Positions 25,995 to 39,274 of a stretch of DNA of 64,000 nucleotides are shown piece after piece. The position numbers and the translations under genes are program-made. Numbering within the stretch: the stretch's first letter is position 1; every line of letters starts with the position of its first letter. The DNA is from Cystobasidiomycetes sp. EMM_F5 (taxonomy: Eukaryota). The notes beneath the pieces are model-generated. The model worked only from the letters and a program-made list of their open reading frames with translations, did no database searches and was not told the DNA's origin. The stretch lies in the NCBI GenBank assembly GCA_051047955.1, contig JBPGPT010000009.1, positions 372,001 through 436,000 on the forward strand, read 5' to 3'.

Positions 25995-28170
25995 ATGGCT
26001 CCACCAACATTGAACCTCAGCTTCGGCTCTGAGACTAGCCTCAAAGGCTCATCCTTCTCAGGAGGTGCGCGGAAGATGCCTGAACGTTCGAGACTCCAAC
26101 TGACTGTGCTCGACATCTGCAGGTCTCTTCATCAACAATGAGTTTGTGGAGGGCGAGGGCGGAAAAACCATCGAGGTGCGTTTGTGACCTTTCTCTTTCG
26201 TGCCTGGCGGCAGTCGCTGATTCGCTCGACCTGCACCGCATACACCAGGTCGTCAACCCATCGACAGGAGAAAAGATTGGAGAGGTATCCGAGGCATCGC
26301 CAAAGGATGTCGACCGTGCAGTCGCCGCGGCCCAGAAGGCGTTCGACACGGTCTGGGGCTTGCATGCGACTGGCACACAGCGAGGAAGACTCTTGATGAA
26401 GCTAGCTGATGCAATCGAGGCCAATCTCGAGGAGATTGCTGCAGTTGAGGTATGTTGTGCATTGCTTGTTGTCCCCCACGCGTTTCTACCTTGTCCTACG
26501 TGCTCGCCAAGGGTCACATTCACATTCACATTTGCTTTCACAGACAAGTCGACGCATGTGCTCGGCTCTGTCATTCCCAAAACAGCATCTCATCTCATCG
26601 GTTATCGTACTGACAAGGGATCTGGTTTGACCTACAGTCCCTAGACAACGGAAAGGCCTTCTCTATCGCAAAAGGCTTTGACATTGCCGAGGTTGCTGGA
26701 TGCTTGCGCTACTATGGTGGATGGGCAGACAAGAGTGAGTTGCAGGCACGACAAAGATATATTCATGGGTGACTGACTTGCTCGCCACTCCTCCTCGCAG
26801 ACCACGGCAAGGTCATCGAAGTCAACGAAGATAAGATGGCATACACTCGCCACGAACCTATTGGTGTTGTTGGACAAATCATCCCATGGAATTTGTGAGA
26901 GCCGTTACAGCTAAAGCGTGAATGTCTGAGGATACTGACTCCCCGCAATCTGGCTAGCCCCGCACTCATGTTGGCCTGGAAGCTCGGACCTGCTTTAGCC
27001 TGCGGTAACACTGTAGTCTTAAAGACTGCTGAGCAGACTCCGCTCTCCGCCCTCAAGATTGCTGAACTCATTAAGGACATCTTCCCACCGGGTGTCGTCA
27101 ATATCATTACCGGATACGGACGCATCACTGGTGCTGCCATTGCTTCGCACATGGAGATTGAAAAGGTTGCATTCACCGGCTCTACGCTTGTTGGACGATC
27201 AATCATGAAGGCTGCTGCCGAATCCAACTTGAAGAAAGTCACTCTGGAACTCGGTGGCAAATCGCCAAACATCATTTGCGATGATGCCGACCTCGAAGTT
27301 GCCGTCAAGTGGGCAGCATTCGGCCTCTTCTTCAACCATGGACAGTGCTGCTGTGCCGGATCCCGAGTCTACGTTCAGGAGAGCATTTATGACAAGTGTA
27401 GGTACCATAGCCTGACGCAAGCGGAAGTCAAGCTGAGATCAGATGCTGTAGTCATGACTGCATTCCAGAAGGCGGTTGAGTCGCTCAAGGTTGGCGATCC
27501 ATTCAAGGCCGACACCTTCCAAGGACCCCAAGTTTCGCAGCTGCAGTTCGACCGAATCATGTCTTACATTGATGATGGCAAGAAGAGCGGAGCTACGACC
27601 TTGACTGGCGGCAAGCGACTGGGCGACAAGGGCTACTTTATTGAGCCAACAATCTTCACCGACGTCAAGCCAGATGCCAAGATCGTTAAAGAGGAGATCT
27701 TCGGACCCGTCTGTGAAACCGTCTCCACCACATTTTCAGAGTACTAATGATCTGAACCACATAGGTCGTCGTCGTTACCAAATTTAAAGACGATCTGGAT
27801 ATCATCAAGGTTGCAAACCATAGCGTTTATGGGCTGGAAAGTGAAGCCACACATTGTTGCTTGTCAAATTACTGATGATCTTGCTTTTACAGGCCGCCGC
27901 CGTTTTCTCCCGCGACATCTCTCGCGCACTGAATATTGGTCACAAACTCAACGCTGGCACAGTTTGGGTCAACTGCTACAATCAGCTGCACAGCAACGTA
28001 CCGTTTGGAGGTTTCAAGCAGTCGGGTATCGGACGAGAATTGGGTAAGGCAAAAGTCGTAAGAAATATGGTGAGAGCCTGCTGACTTTTTTCGAAGGTGA
28101 ATACGCGTTGGCCAACTACACCAACATCAAGGCTGTTCACATCAACATCAACGCTCCCCCTCCCATGTAA
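25995..28170 (+). CDS. NAD-dependent aldehyde dehydrogenase (AldA/ALDH1-2 type)
   Basis: [53 protein letters not shown] (catalytic Cys), [22 protein letters not shown]. Confidence 0.96.
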
Positions 28171-28690
28171 GAGCATTGTTAACGAATGTCACAAGTTAGC
28201 ATTTCCCCGAACATCAACGAATGAGCGATTGGGATGGCACAGCAATGCAAGCAGGAGAATTATCACGGCATGAGTGTTGGTTGTGACTGTTGCGGAATGA
28301 GCCCCGCCCACAAGAGTGTATCTTTAGGAAAGCCAATGGGCAATTTCAATTTTATTCGTCTTTGGGTGGATTATACATTGCGTTGGAGCGACATGTTATA
28401 TTTCACGAAGCTTGCTGCGTTGCTTACTATCTTACTATTCAAAAAGCCCAATCTTTTGTCCACACCGTATAACCAAGGTACCGGTACACCTCGACTTTAC
28501 CGGACGGCAACAATGCGTGACACCCTGGATCAATGAAATAAGCAGTACTACTGCGATGAGACATCTTCTCATCACATCATCTTCTTGAAGGACTTGGCGC
28601 GAAAGTCGCCCTCACAAGCTCTTTGCATTTGGGCACGGGACAGAATCACTTTCCAAGCAGCAAGGTCTGGACAGCAGCTGCTTCGACGAC

Positions 28691-30305
28691 ATGTCTTTTG
28701 TACCACCTCAAGGGGCTTCAAATCAGCATTTCCAAAGTGAATCCAGCAGGACTGCAAGATCACCGTCTGGACGCGGTAATCGCAGCTCATCTACAGGCAG
28801 CACATCATTCGGCAGCAGCAGTAGCAGCATAACACTGTCCCTCCTACCACCCTCACCGCAGCCTGTGTATGCTGGCAATGTTGCATCGCCCAAGTCGCCA
28901 GTCTCGTCGTCCGGGAGTACGGCTTCTGCTAGTTCGCCGCAAGCGTTTCATACACCGGCTCTATCGTCATACTCCGATAATTCTGGTCCGTTTCGAGACT
29001 ACGAGTACGACTCTTCTTCGCGAGACGCTTCTTTCAGGGGCCGACAGTACTCGCTTGATGGAGGAGCTGACTTAGGCGACCGGACAATAACGCTGAATTA
29101 TTCTCCTCGAGCGACGTTGGCTGCACCGGCGGATACGTCAAGCAGTCATGGAAAAGGGAAGGAGCGTTTGCGAGAGATTACTTTCGACGATACGGCCGCC
29201 AACTATTCGCCAGACTTTGACTATGACGATCCACCAGAGACGGAAGAGTCCACCAGGCGTATAGAAGAGGTAGGCACTGATGTATCCGAGTAGTTTGGTT
29301 CATCTATTGAGTGTCTATGTACACACACAGAATCTAAAGCGATGGGCAGCGCAGGAGAAGCTGCGACGAGCAAAAACCCGGGGAAAGCAAGGATCGACCA
29401 CGTCCATAACGCCCAGCCTGGCCAGTGATAGCGTTTCTGCAATCCAAGGACTCGCTCGAAGGATGAGTGGGTCAAACAGTAGATCAATACAGGTCAACGG
29501 GCATCCCAAACGTCCCGGAGTGCGCATCGACAGCCTGGACTCGGCCAGCGAGGCAAGTAAGCAATCATCGACAGACGACTACGAGATGCAAACGCAGCCA
29601 CCTAGGCGGCCTGGACATATTCATACGCTATCCCAAATATCCACTACCTCAATAGACCAGAACCCCTTCGCGTCACCCGTAACGTCGCCCTCTGAGCGTC
29701 CGCTAAGCGCTGTCAGTACAGATATGGCAGATCGAGTGGAACGGGCTGTCCGAACGGGCAGCAGGTTCATCGAGGATCTTGAAGATCCAGAAGTTCGATC
29801 CCTACATTCCTACGATGGAGCTCCTCAAGCGCAGACATATGCAGAGCTGAACTCTCCTTTGGCCAGTCCTATCACCTCACCTATTCGGTCTAGTGGGCAA
29901 GGAGACAGCAAAACGCCTAAACCCAGCAGATTTCGGCGAAAATTCGGGTTTCGGCAGGATTCAATAGCCTCGCTTGCTTCGTTGAATACAATAGATAGCA
30001 AGGAGACAGTCACACGGTTCTCACATTCTTCGAATCGCGCATCCAGAACAGTCGATAGTCCTGTTGATCAGAACTACTTCCCGCATCTCGAGGACGAGAG
30101 CATGCACCGTCTCGTGTCTGCTCGTCATGGTGCGCGAGATTATCAAACTCGCATACATCCAGAAGCAGAGTACAGCGAGGAAGACGACGAGTACAATCCG
30201 CACAGGCCCGTTGGCTGGCTGGAATGGATCTTGTGCTGTGGCTGCTGTAACTCGGCAGTCCGGCTGGAAGACGACGAGCAAGCCGGCCGTACGTTCCCTG
30301 AATAG
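28691..30305 (+). CDS. Hypothetical Ser/Pro-rich disordered protein with a Cys-rich C-terminal motif
   Basis: Two long ORFs joined in frame by a GT-AG intron at 29270-29330; ends WLEWILCCGCC...EQAGRTFPE. Confidence 0.75.
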
Positions 30306-30581
30306 TGTGAATTGACCATCACTACATATTCTAGCTACATGTATCTCGGGCAATCAGAATTTGTATCCGCTGCATTTAAAGCACAACTGTGCCGGGAGCA
30401 CTGCCGTCTAAGTCAAGATCATTTACGAGACTTTGCTACTGAAGGCTATCAAAGCTCTAAGACGTTATGCATCACAGTGAAGGGTATCAGCCTATTGGCT
30501 TGGCATTCGCGTAGCATGCTGATAGAGACATGTGATATTGGAACACCATAGAACTAGGGCGTCATCTCACAACGGCCACGA

Positions 30582-32435
30582 CTACTTCTCGGACAGCGCC
30601 GCAACACCCGGAAGATTTTTGCCTTCCAAGAGTTCCAAAGACGCACCTCCGCCTGTGCTTACATGGCTGAGCTTATCCTCTGCATCATATTCTGGGACGA
30701 AAAGTCAGTTCAGACCAATCAAAACATGAGAGTAGCGATACGCACTCGCAACAACGGTAGCTGTGTCTCCGCCACCTACAATGACGGTGGCACCCTTCGA
30801 GGCAGCCTCCACGCAAGCATCAAGCGCAGCTTTTGAGCCAGCTGCAAAGTTGTCGAATTCGAATACGCCTGGTGGGCCATTCCATAAGATAGTCTTGCTA
30901 GCCAAAATAGTCTCCGCAAACAGCTTCTGCGACTTTGGACCGATATCCAGACCCATCCAGCCATCAGGGATGCCTTCGGCATCAGTAGCGCTGCCAACTT
31001 GGGCTTTGGCATCAAACTTGTCGCCAGTGACGTAGTCAACGGGGAAGATGATCTTCACATTGTTCTTCTTTGCCTTGTCAACAATGCCTTGAGCCTTCTC
31101 GCTGCCGGGCTTGTCAAACAAGGAATTGCCAATGCTGACGCCCTCGAGCGTTTTTTTGAATGTAAAGGCCATTCCGCCGCCAATGATGATGGAGTTGACC
31201 TGAATGACATGTTAAGGGGATCTTAAAGGTACAAGTATGATCTTTACCTTGTCTAAGAGATTGTCGATCAAGGAAATCTTATCGCTGATCTTGGCGCCAC
31301 CAAGGATAGCCAGGAATGGCCTTTCCGGACTCTCTAGGGCTCTGTAATATGACAGTCTCATGAGCCATCCACATAATGATGAGCGCATCGATTCCTTACT
31401 TTGCGAAGAATTCCAGTTCCTTCTTCATCAAGAAGCCAGCAGCCTTTTGCGGTAGCTCTACCCCGACCATCGAGGAGTGGGCGCGATGAGCCGTGCCGAA
31501 AGCGTCGTTGATGTCTGGAATGAAGGATGTTATGAACTGATACTCCCATCGCGTTGGTAGACAGCTTACAAACATCGCCAAGCGCCTATGTATGGCTCAA
31601 TATCGTCAGCAGCGCCCAGTATCAGTCCACTTCATGAATGTTATACTGACGGTAAGCCCTTTTCGGAACTCCTCTACCTTGCCCTTATCGGCCTTTGTCT
31701 TGTTGCCCTCCTTGTCCTTCGAGGAGCCCTCCTCTTCGATATGGAATCGCAGATTCTCTAGCAGGACGCTGGTGTAGTATTTTCAGTCAGAGACACTAGA
31801 GCTTGTAAAAATAGTCTCACATTTGGCCGTTGCTTGCAGCATTGACTTTCTCTTCAGCTTTTGGGCCAACGCAGTCTTCAGCGAATTCAACAGGCTTCGA
31901 CAGAACTGTGGGGTCTTTAGCAATTCGAAAGGCAATACCGTTGCGTGTGATTAGTTCTTACGCTTGGAAAGCTCCGCAGCTACTGGCTTCAGGCTGTATT
32001 TCTCCACTACCTTGCCGTCGGGTCTGCCCAAATGAGACATGAGAATGACAGCCTTGGCCTGGCTGTCGATAGCATGTTTGATGGTGGGCAGAGCTGCCAC
32101 GATACGCTGCAGAGACAATTTTGCAGTAGCCGACTTCAGCTCCTAGCCTTCGCATGCGGTAACAACGATCCGGAAACTGACGGCATTGTTTGTGATTTCT
32201 CCAGAGGAATTGAAGGGAACGTTGAAGTCGACGCTGGAGACGCAGACATATTGCCCGAGTCAGAACATATTCTCGCTGACGGACTTTCGGGCTGCCTTAC
32301 CGGATAAGAACCCGCTTGCCTTTGAGGTCGACGTCGTTTATCGAGAGCTTGTTGGAAAGCGACTGCGAATTGCAATGTTGAGAGAGCGGCGTCAGGAATG
32401 GCAAAGGTCAGGCTGCAATGCGCAGAACTGACCAT
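30582..32435 (-). CDS. PGK1: Phosphoglycerate kinase
   Basis: [82 protein letters not shown]. Confidence 0.97.
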
Positions 32436-32782
32436 TCTGCTTGATATCCTGATTACGACTGTTCGCCAAATGATGAAAGTGTCAAGCGGAGAGCTCAACA
32501 GGCACAGGCAGTCGCGTAGGGCCAGGTCGGATCAAACAGGAAGCATCAATTCCGATACAACAGCCCATAAATCACAACATTTGGCATCGCCCTATATGCG
32601 ATAGATACATGCCACGTACTACGCTTCGAACTCGCGATGCGCTGACCCTGGAGAGGCTGAGCAAACTACCGATAATGACAGCTTGTGTAGTCACGAGTGG
32701 AGAATCTCACGACGCGCACGAAATGCACGTACAACGGAGGACAGAGGATCCATTCCTGCTGTACGAGTGAGAGGTGCACTGG

Positions 32783-33755
32783 TCACGTCCGAGGCGCATT
32801 GGCTCGCGCAACCTCCCGAACCTTTTTCTCGTATGCAACTTTGTCCTTCCTTCAAGAGACGGGGACATAATCAGACATGCTGCCGGCAGGAGATTTGCAC
32901 ACTACCCACCTGTACAGAGCGAAAGCATCGGTCTGCGCCGGATCATCGTTATTAGGTGTATTTAGCAAGTCTTGTATACCGAGACAAATCTAATGAGAAG
33001 ATATGCGAATCAGCCCATCTGACGCGCATTCATAGTACATGATGGTATTGGCCTACCTGTTTGACGGATATCGCTGGCTTCCAGGCCTTTTCCTCATTCA
33101 AGATAGACAGGCAGATGGTGCCGGAAGGGTACACATTGGGATGGAATAGAGGAGGATCGAATTTGCCTAGAGCTCGGATCAGCCATCTACTAAGGTAATT
33201 GTCAACCCTACGATTCTGCCCTACTTACATTTCGGAGGCTTCGCAGGGTATTCTGAAGAAACGTTGTAGAGTCAGCCAGAGTACGAAGCAGACGCACGAC
33301 CCAGGACGGACCGTCTGGGAAAGTAAAGACGACCTTGTACACTCCACCTTCCCAAGGAGTCTATAGCAACGGCATGCATCAGCAAGACTGAGCCTCGGTC
33401 TCATCGCGACAAGGAATGTAGCTAAACGACGTACGCCTTCCTTGCCAGGTATGCCTATGTCCCACACTAATAGATTGAGTGCGTCGCCTTCCTTGCGCGG
33501 TTTAGCCCAGAATCCCTAGATTGTGTATCGTATCGCGTACGGTCAAAGACCATTAGGCATTCAAGGTGTGAACTCCCCGTCAGCCTGGGAGTTGCGGTAC
33601 ATTTGCAGTGATCCTGGCTCACGTATGGATGGTCTTTGCGCCATTGCTTGCGCTCCTCCGTCAGACGCATCTTGCACACTGTTTTCGGCCCGCGAGGTTC
33701 AGTCTATCGAGTATGCTTGCCCTTGGCCATGGCTAGACGCACAGCTCGTGGCCAT
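32783..33755 (-). CDS. UBC9: SUMO-conjugating enzyme Ubc9
   Basis: [62 protein letters not shown]. Confidence 0.95.
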
Positions 33756-33970
33756 GTTTGCAGATTATTTCAGCACTTCCTTGCTCCGAGCGCGCAACCT
33801 GCAGCTTGTAGTCAACGTTGTGGTCGAAGCAAAGCTGGCACCCTAACAGACACCCCTCGTACAGTGTGTGGCAAAGTCAGACGAGACGAAGTGAATTTAC
33901 AAACACCTATGTTGACAACGACAAGCCTAGCATTCGTGATATTCGCGAGCAAACAGCAGCTCATCTCTTC

Positions 33971-36900
33971 TCAGGCGCTCACGCGCATGTAGGAAAACAC
34001 GCTCGATAACGAAACGTATCGCCTACCGCATCTTGCCATGTATTTCTCGATGGCTGATGAGATCTGGTCAAAGCCTTCCTTGTTTTGTGCTACAAGAACA
34101 GTGGTCTCCTCTGTAAGGTTCTGTCAGTCTTCCCTTCTGTACGTATCCGAAACACTTGGCAACACCTACCAGACTTTGGCGTTCCTAACGCCTTCATTCT
34201 GGCTTTTTCACCATCGAAGAGCGACAGGAAGTATAGCATTTGGTTGTATAGCCTCGAGTCAGAGTACTGTGTTCATTCGCGTTAGTAAAACAGCAGCTAC
34301 GAAGGTATCAGCGTGGATCCTGACCTCGTTGTGCATTTGGCCCCGACAATCCGGCTTTAGGCAGCGACGACCGAAGACGCCCAGCATCCTCGTTCTGTTA
34401 CCGCAGGACTGATCATCGCAAACCAGCCAACTTTCGTAAAATTTGCTGATGACAGCTCGAAGCTGATTCTCCACTTGAACTTGCACCGAAGCGGTCGGTA
34501 GAATGGTCATGCAATCCGGATTCGAGCAACGTATGCCATCTGGCTGCAGCATACCTTTGACATTATCGAGTATACCCGGAAAGGGGCTTTCTTGTCGGCA
34601 GTACCGACACCGAAGGTTGAGTGGATCACACAGTCGGAATCGCTCGGCGTCCGATATTTGCGAGTCCAAGCTGTGGAACTCTCGTTCATTCTCGACAATA
34701 GCCTGTTGTGACCGGAATCGAGAAGGATCTAGACCGAGAATCTCTGCAAGCCGAGCGCGATCAGTTCCCTCGATGGGATCGCAAAGACGCTCAACAGGCG
34801 GCAGGACTTGGAGGGAAAGATAGAAATCGTAGTCTAAAGCAGACCCAATCAGTCGGTAGCCAAAGTTGTGATATCAAAGGCATCGTACCGATTTTTAGTG
34901 TTGTTCCTGTCTTGCGCAGTTCGTCGGGGTGGTGTGCACGGTCTGCTTTGGCCGACTTTGCAGTGATGCTATCCTCGCCCATACAGAAAACATACGGGAT
35001 TACGTCGCCAGCTTTCACCGACTGGCCTTTAGCTTGCATGCGCAAAGCTACCTGTACATGCGGCTGAGACTTTGCGTCGGGATAATCCTGAGGGTTCTTT
35101 CCCAGTCGTTTCAAGATGATGAATTCCTCCAAGTCAATCTCCGATGCTCGGACACGCTTGCCGAGGGCTTCAAGGTAGTCGTGGACGAGGCCAATGACAT
35201 CCTCTGTGGCTTCGCCCGATAGAATCTGTTGGAGCACGTATCTGTATCTAACAGGTAAGAAATCTTGCGCATCGACAATAGCAGTAACATTACTCACGTG
35301 GAGACTGTCTTCGAAAGCGGACAGAACTCTCTTCGCTTCATATCCAGACCCTTGATTTCCATGGCCGACGTACCGTCTTCCATTTTGAGGGCTGCATACT
35401 TCTTCTTTTGCAATAGCAAGACACGTTGGAACACAGCGTCGATATCGATCTCCAGGAGGCGATAGCGCTCGTTGACCAGCTTCTTAAACTCGTTGCCTAT
35501 CTTCACAGCCTCCGGCATCTCGGTAGCGTTCGTGTTCACGAAGACTGAGTCGGTATCACCGTAAATGACATCGAGCGTCATGCCCTCGGCCAGCTCGCGG
35601 GTATTCTGTAGGATTTCACGACCTTTGAAGGTAGTGAGCGCAGCGAGGGGACGTGCGTAAAAGCGAGATCCTTCAAAACCCAAACAACCGTACATGGAAT
35701 TGGCTGTGAGTTTGAGGGCTTTCTGCTTGATGTCCCACTGCAATACGATCAGGTCAACGACGTGGGAGCTTGCAGCCTAGCTTGTCCATACCTGAAGCTG
35801 CTTTGCAGGGCTTGCAGATTTATCTTTCATCAAACTCTTGACTTGTTTACGGCGATTAACAAGCGTAGCGATAAGCCGAGGCAGTACGCCTTGCTTTGCT
35901 TCGGGAGAGGGAACTTCTGGCATCTTGTCGTCGTCTTCGTCATCGGCACCATTATTCCGCTCGATTGTTGTGAAATCGATATTGTATTCCTGAATGATAC
36001 TGGGATATAGCGAATTGAAGTCCATGACCAAGACAAACTTGTCCCATAACCCTCTCTTTGGCTCGAACACCAGACCACCCTTATACTTGTCACGCTTTGC
36101 CGACTTCTTGCTGACCTCGACGGGCTCCTCATCGTCAGGATCAGCTGCCGCTCGATTCATAGACGCCTTCTGCCATCTCGATATCTTGTCAGGGCATACG
36201 TACTTTTGACGATGGAACTCATGCAGCAGAATGTATTCATTTCGCTCGGCGCGACCACCGTTTATCGTTTTGTTCCTGTTATGGAGAAGTCAGATCTTTG
36301 CCACAGCTCTGAAGACTACCGACTCACCAAGAATTACCAGCCAAGTTGCACAACTGCTTTGTAAGCGGCAGCAGCTGCACCTTGCTAGCGAGGGCCATCT
36401 GGAAGTATGAGTCGGCCTCGCAGTGCCTGACGAAATGCAGCAGCTTGTTTGGGGCCGCGTACGAGTCGAAGTAATCAGGTGTATCATCGGGATCGATGTC
36501 TTCTCTCGCAATCTTCAAATGTGTCTCGCACATTTCCGTCAGAGACCACGTAGTCGATTGAATCATACTCTTCGAACCGTCACTGGCGAGATCGCAGATC
36601 AGACGTCCACTTAGTAAGCCTGTGTTCATGCCGGCTTTCAAGTTGGGCCACTTCATCCTTCTGAAGCGCCCTATACGAGAGTAGTGGTCTGCCTTGAGAT
36701 CTCGCAAGCGATGCAGGATGACATCAAGCATCACCGTCGAGAATTCGTGACCGACTATGACGTCCGGATCATACCTCTGTATGATGACTGCGAAGAATGA
36801 CACTTCAGCAGGAGATAGGGCGCAGAAGTGCCCTGACGAACTCAATAAATGATTCAGAAGGTGCCGCTCGTTCTGAGCAGTCATAACTTTGCTCTTCTGT

Positions 36901-39200
36901 GTGCGAGCTAGGTTTTCGAAATTTGCTGGATAGTCAAAGAGCGGCCTAACGGTCGTATGCACCGTACAAGGCTGCTTCTCGATAGGTGTGGGATCATCGA
37001 TGTTCACTAAGCCGAGGTAAAGCGTTACGTGAGTGGGGAGCCGCTTTGTCGAAGCTTATAATACTGACTGTCTTGCCAAATTCGTGCACTGGTAGCCACA
37101 ATCTCCTTCTTGTTGGCCTGGTGATTGATGATGCTTCTCGCTGACAGGCTCATGATTGTCAATGGCGGCATATCCTTGGGCGCAGCATCGTCGTTCTCCG
37201 AGAATGGCTTGACTGCCTTGGGGTCTGTGACCAGAACCTCAAGCTTGCACCACGATATTGCTTTATCGCTAAATTCTGGATCTTGTATGTTGAGCCAGCA
37301 TGGTCCCATAATGCGGCGTTTCAGGACAAACAGCTCGAAAGCGCTTGTGTTGGTACCAAAGACTCGACTGAACGTTTTGCCAGAGCAGTCGAGTGGTAAA
37401 GCAGGTTCTATACAGACTCATCAGCACTCTCATGTAGCAGGATCCAGTCAGTGGCGACCTACGGTCGTAAGAATACAATACTTTCAGGTAGCTCGCTTCT
37501 TTCGGAACATCGGGTAGCTCGAAAGCATATTTCCGGTCAACTTGCTTGCCCATCCATTCCTTTATATTGTGTTTCGAAGCAACCTGACCAAACTCTTCGT
37601 AGACTTCGTCTTCCGTCGGGGCCGGTGTGTCATTGCCGTACTCATCTGTCCCTGCTTGCCTGGGAAGGACAAAGAGATTTCTATCAATGCCGTCAACCGT
37701 GACGCAGCATGACACGTATTTTCTTGTCTCGCGATCAAACACCTTGCCAATAAACTGTAAGACTCCATTGTTTTCAGTATAATCGAGCCAGTAGAAGCGT
37801 AGACTGCCATCCTCCTCGAGTGCTTGCACTTTGGCGCTTGAAAAGCTGACACCGCCAGCGGAAGGCGCTTTGAACTTCTTGGGTTTCGCAGCAGATGTAC
37901 TGGCCGCGGAGTCAAAAGCATCTGCGTCGACATCCATGCTATCGTCTCCCTCTTCGCCCGTATCGAGCGTGGCTGCGGCTGCAGCAATTTGCCAATCCAG
38001 ACCCTTCGCCTTACGTTTACTAGCATCTTTCAATGTCGTGATGGGCTTGATGTCTGGCTTCTTCTCGTCATCCTGATCATCGCCGAGGTTTACAGCGGGT
38101 TTTGCGACTTTGATCGATGCCGCATTGACAAGTTGCCGCTTGCGAGCATTGTTGGACTTGGTCACAGTCTTGACCTGCAGCAAATTTTCATCTTCGTCGC
38201 TTTCGGATATTTTCCCAATCTTGCCATATACTGAATCATCTGCAAAATCATTACCATCCAGCGATGTGTCTAAATGCAAATTTCCAATGTCGTCTTCCGC
38301 CCCGCTAACGCGTTGCTTTTTGAGACTACGATTTGACGCGTCTCCGAAGAGCAAGCTATCGAGTCCTTCGCTAGAAGGACCAGTCTCGCTAATGAACGAG
38401 GAGGATCCGTTCAGACCTGATGTGTTGTCGCCAAGTATGGGATCTGACGATGTTGCGAGATGACTGCTAGACGCGCCGCTGCGAGACGCGCTACCTCTAT
38501 AACTGCCGTAGGATGTATCACCGCTCAACCCGTTCAAGCCGGATGGAGTCTTTCGCTTCTTTACAGGCGGCGAGGGCGATCTCAGTGGAGCAGTCTTGAC
38601 TGCGTTGTCGAGGTCTCCGAAAATGTCTGCTAGCGCGTCCTCCTCTCGTTGGACCGTGACGGCCTTTTTGTAAGGATTGGCCAAAACAGGTCTGGGAGGG
38701 GGCAAAGCCTTCTTGGGTTTCCCGTTGGTAGTTGTAGCCTTGCGTGGGTCAGCATTCTCCTTCGATTTGCTGTCACTCCCGCCCTTCGACTTCTTCTTTT
38801 TGCGGCGACCTGCAACACCGCGTCAACTGCCTGGCCTGCGCTATCAACACATTGCATCACGAGTCCCACCATCGTCACTGCTTCCTCCTTCGCCATCACT
38901 AGATGGACGGTCAAAGTCGTCCATGCCATTGTCCACGTAGCCAGATCCATCGTCGTCTTCGATAAAGTCGTCCTCGTCCAGCCGCTGCTTCACGACCATA
39001 CGGTACTCCTCCTCTGTAACCTTGTCGTAGATCTTGGACGACCGCTCTTCCTGCTCGTTGATAAGCCAATCAGCACCGCTACAAATACTGCCTCTGCCTC
39101 AGTTCGAGCCCACCTTGTACTCCTTGCTCCGGCTGATTTCCCCAGCCCGGGCGCGCTTGAGCTCTTCGAGCTTTGCCAGCCTGGCCTTGCGGTCTGCCAT
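33971..39200 (-). CDS. POL1: DNA polymerase alpha catalytic subunit
   Basis: [58 protein letters not shown], two C-terminal Cys4 zinc fingers. Confidence 0.97.
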
Positions 39201-39274
39201 GGCTGCCTATGGAGTTGCTGCAGCCTGCTCAGGTTTGTCAGACTTGCTTTGATTGCAGAGTCAACAGCACGGCG

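Noticed and set aside
30500..30584. Cryptic peroxisomal PGK isoform by readthrough or alternative splicing, as known in some fungi
   Set aside because: The stop is TAG-TCG; readthrough gives ...SWPL and the alternative splice I tried ends ...LEL, neither a PTS1
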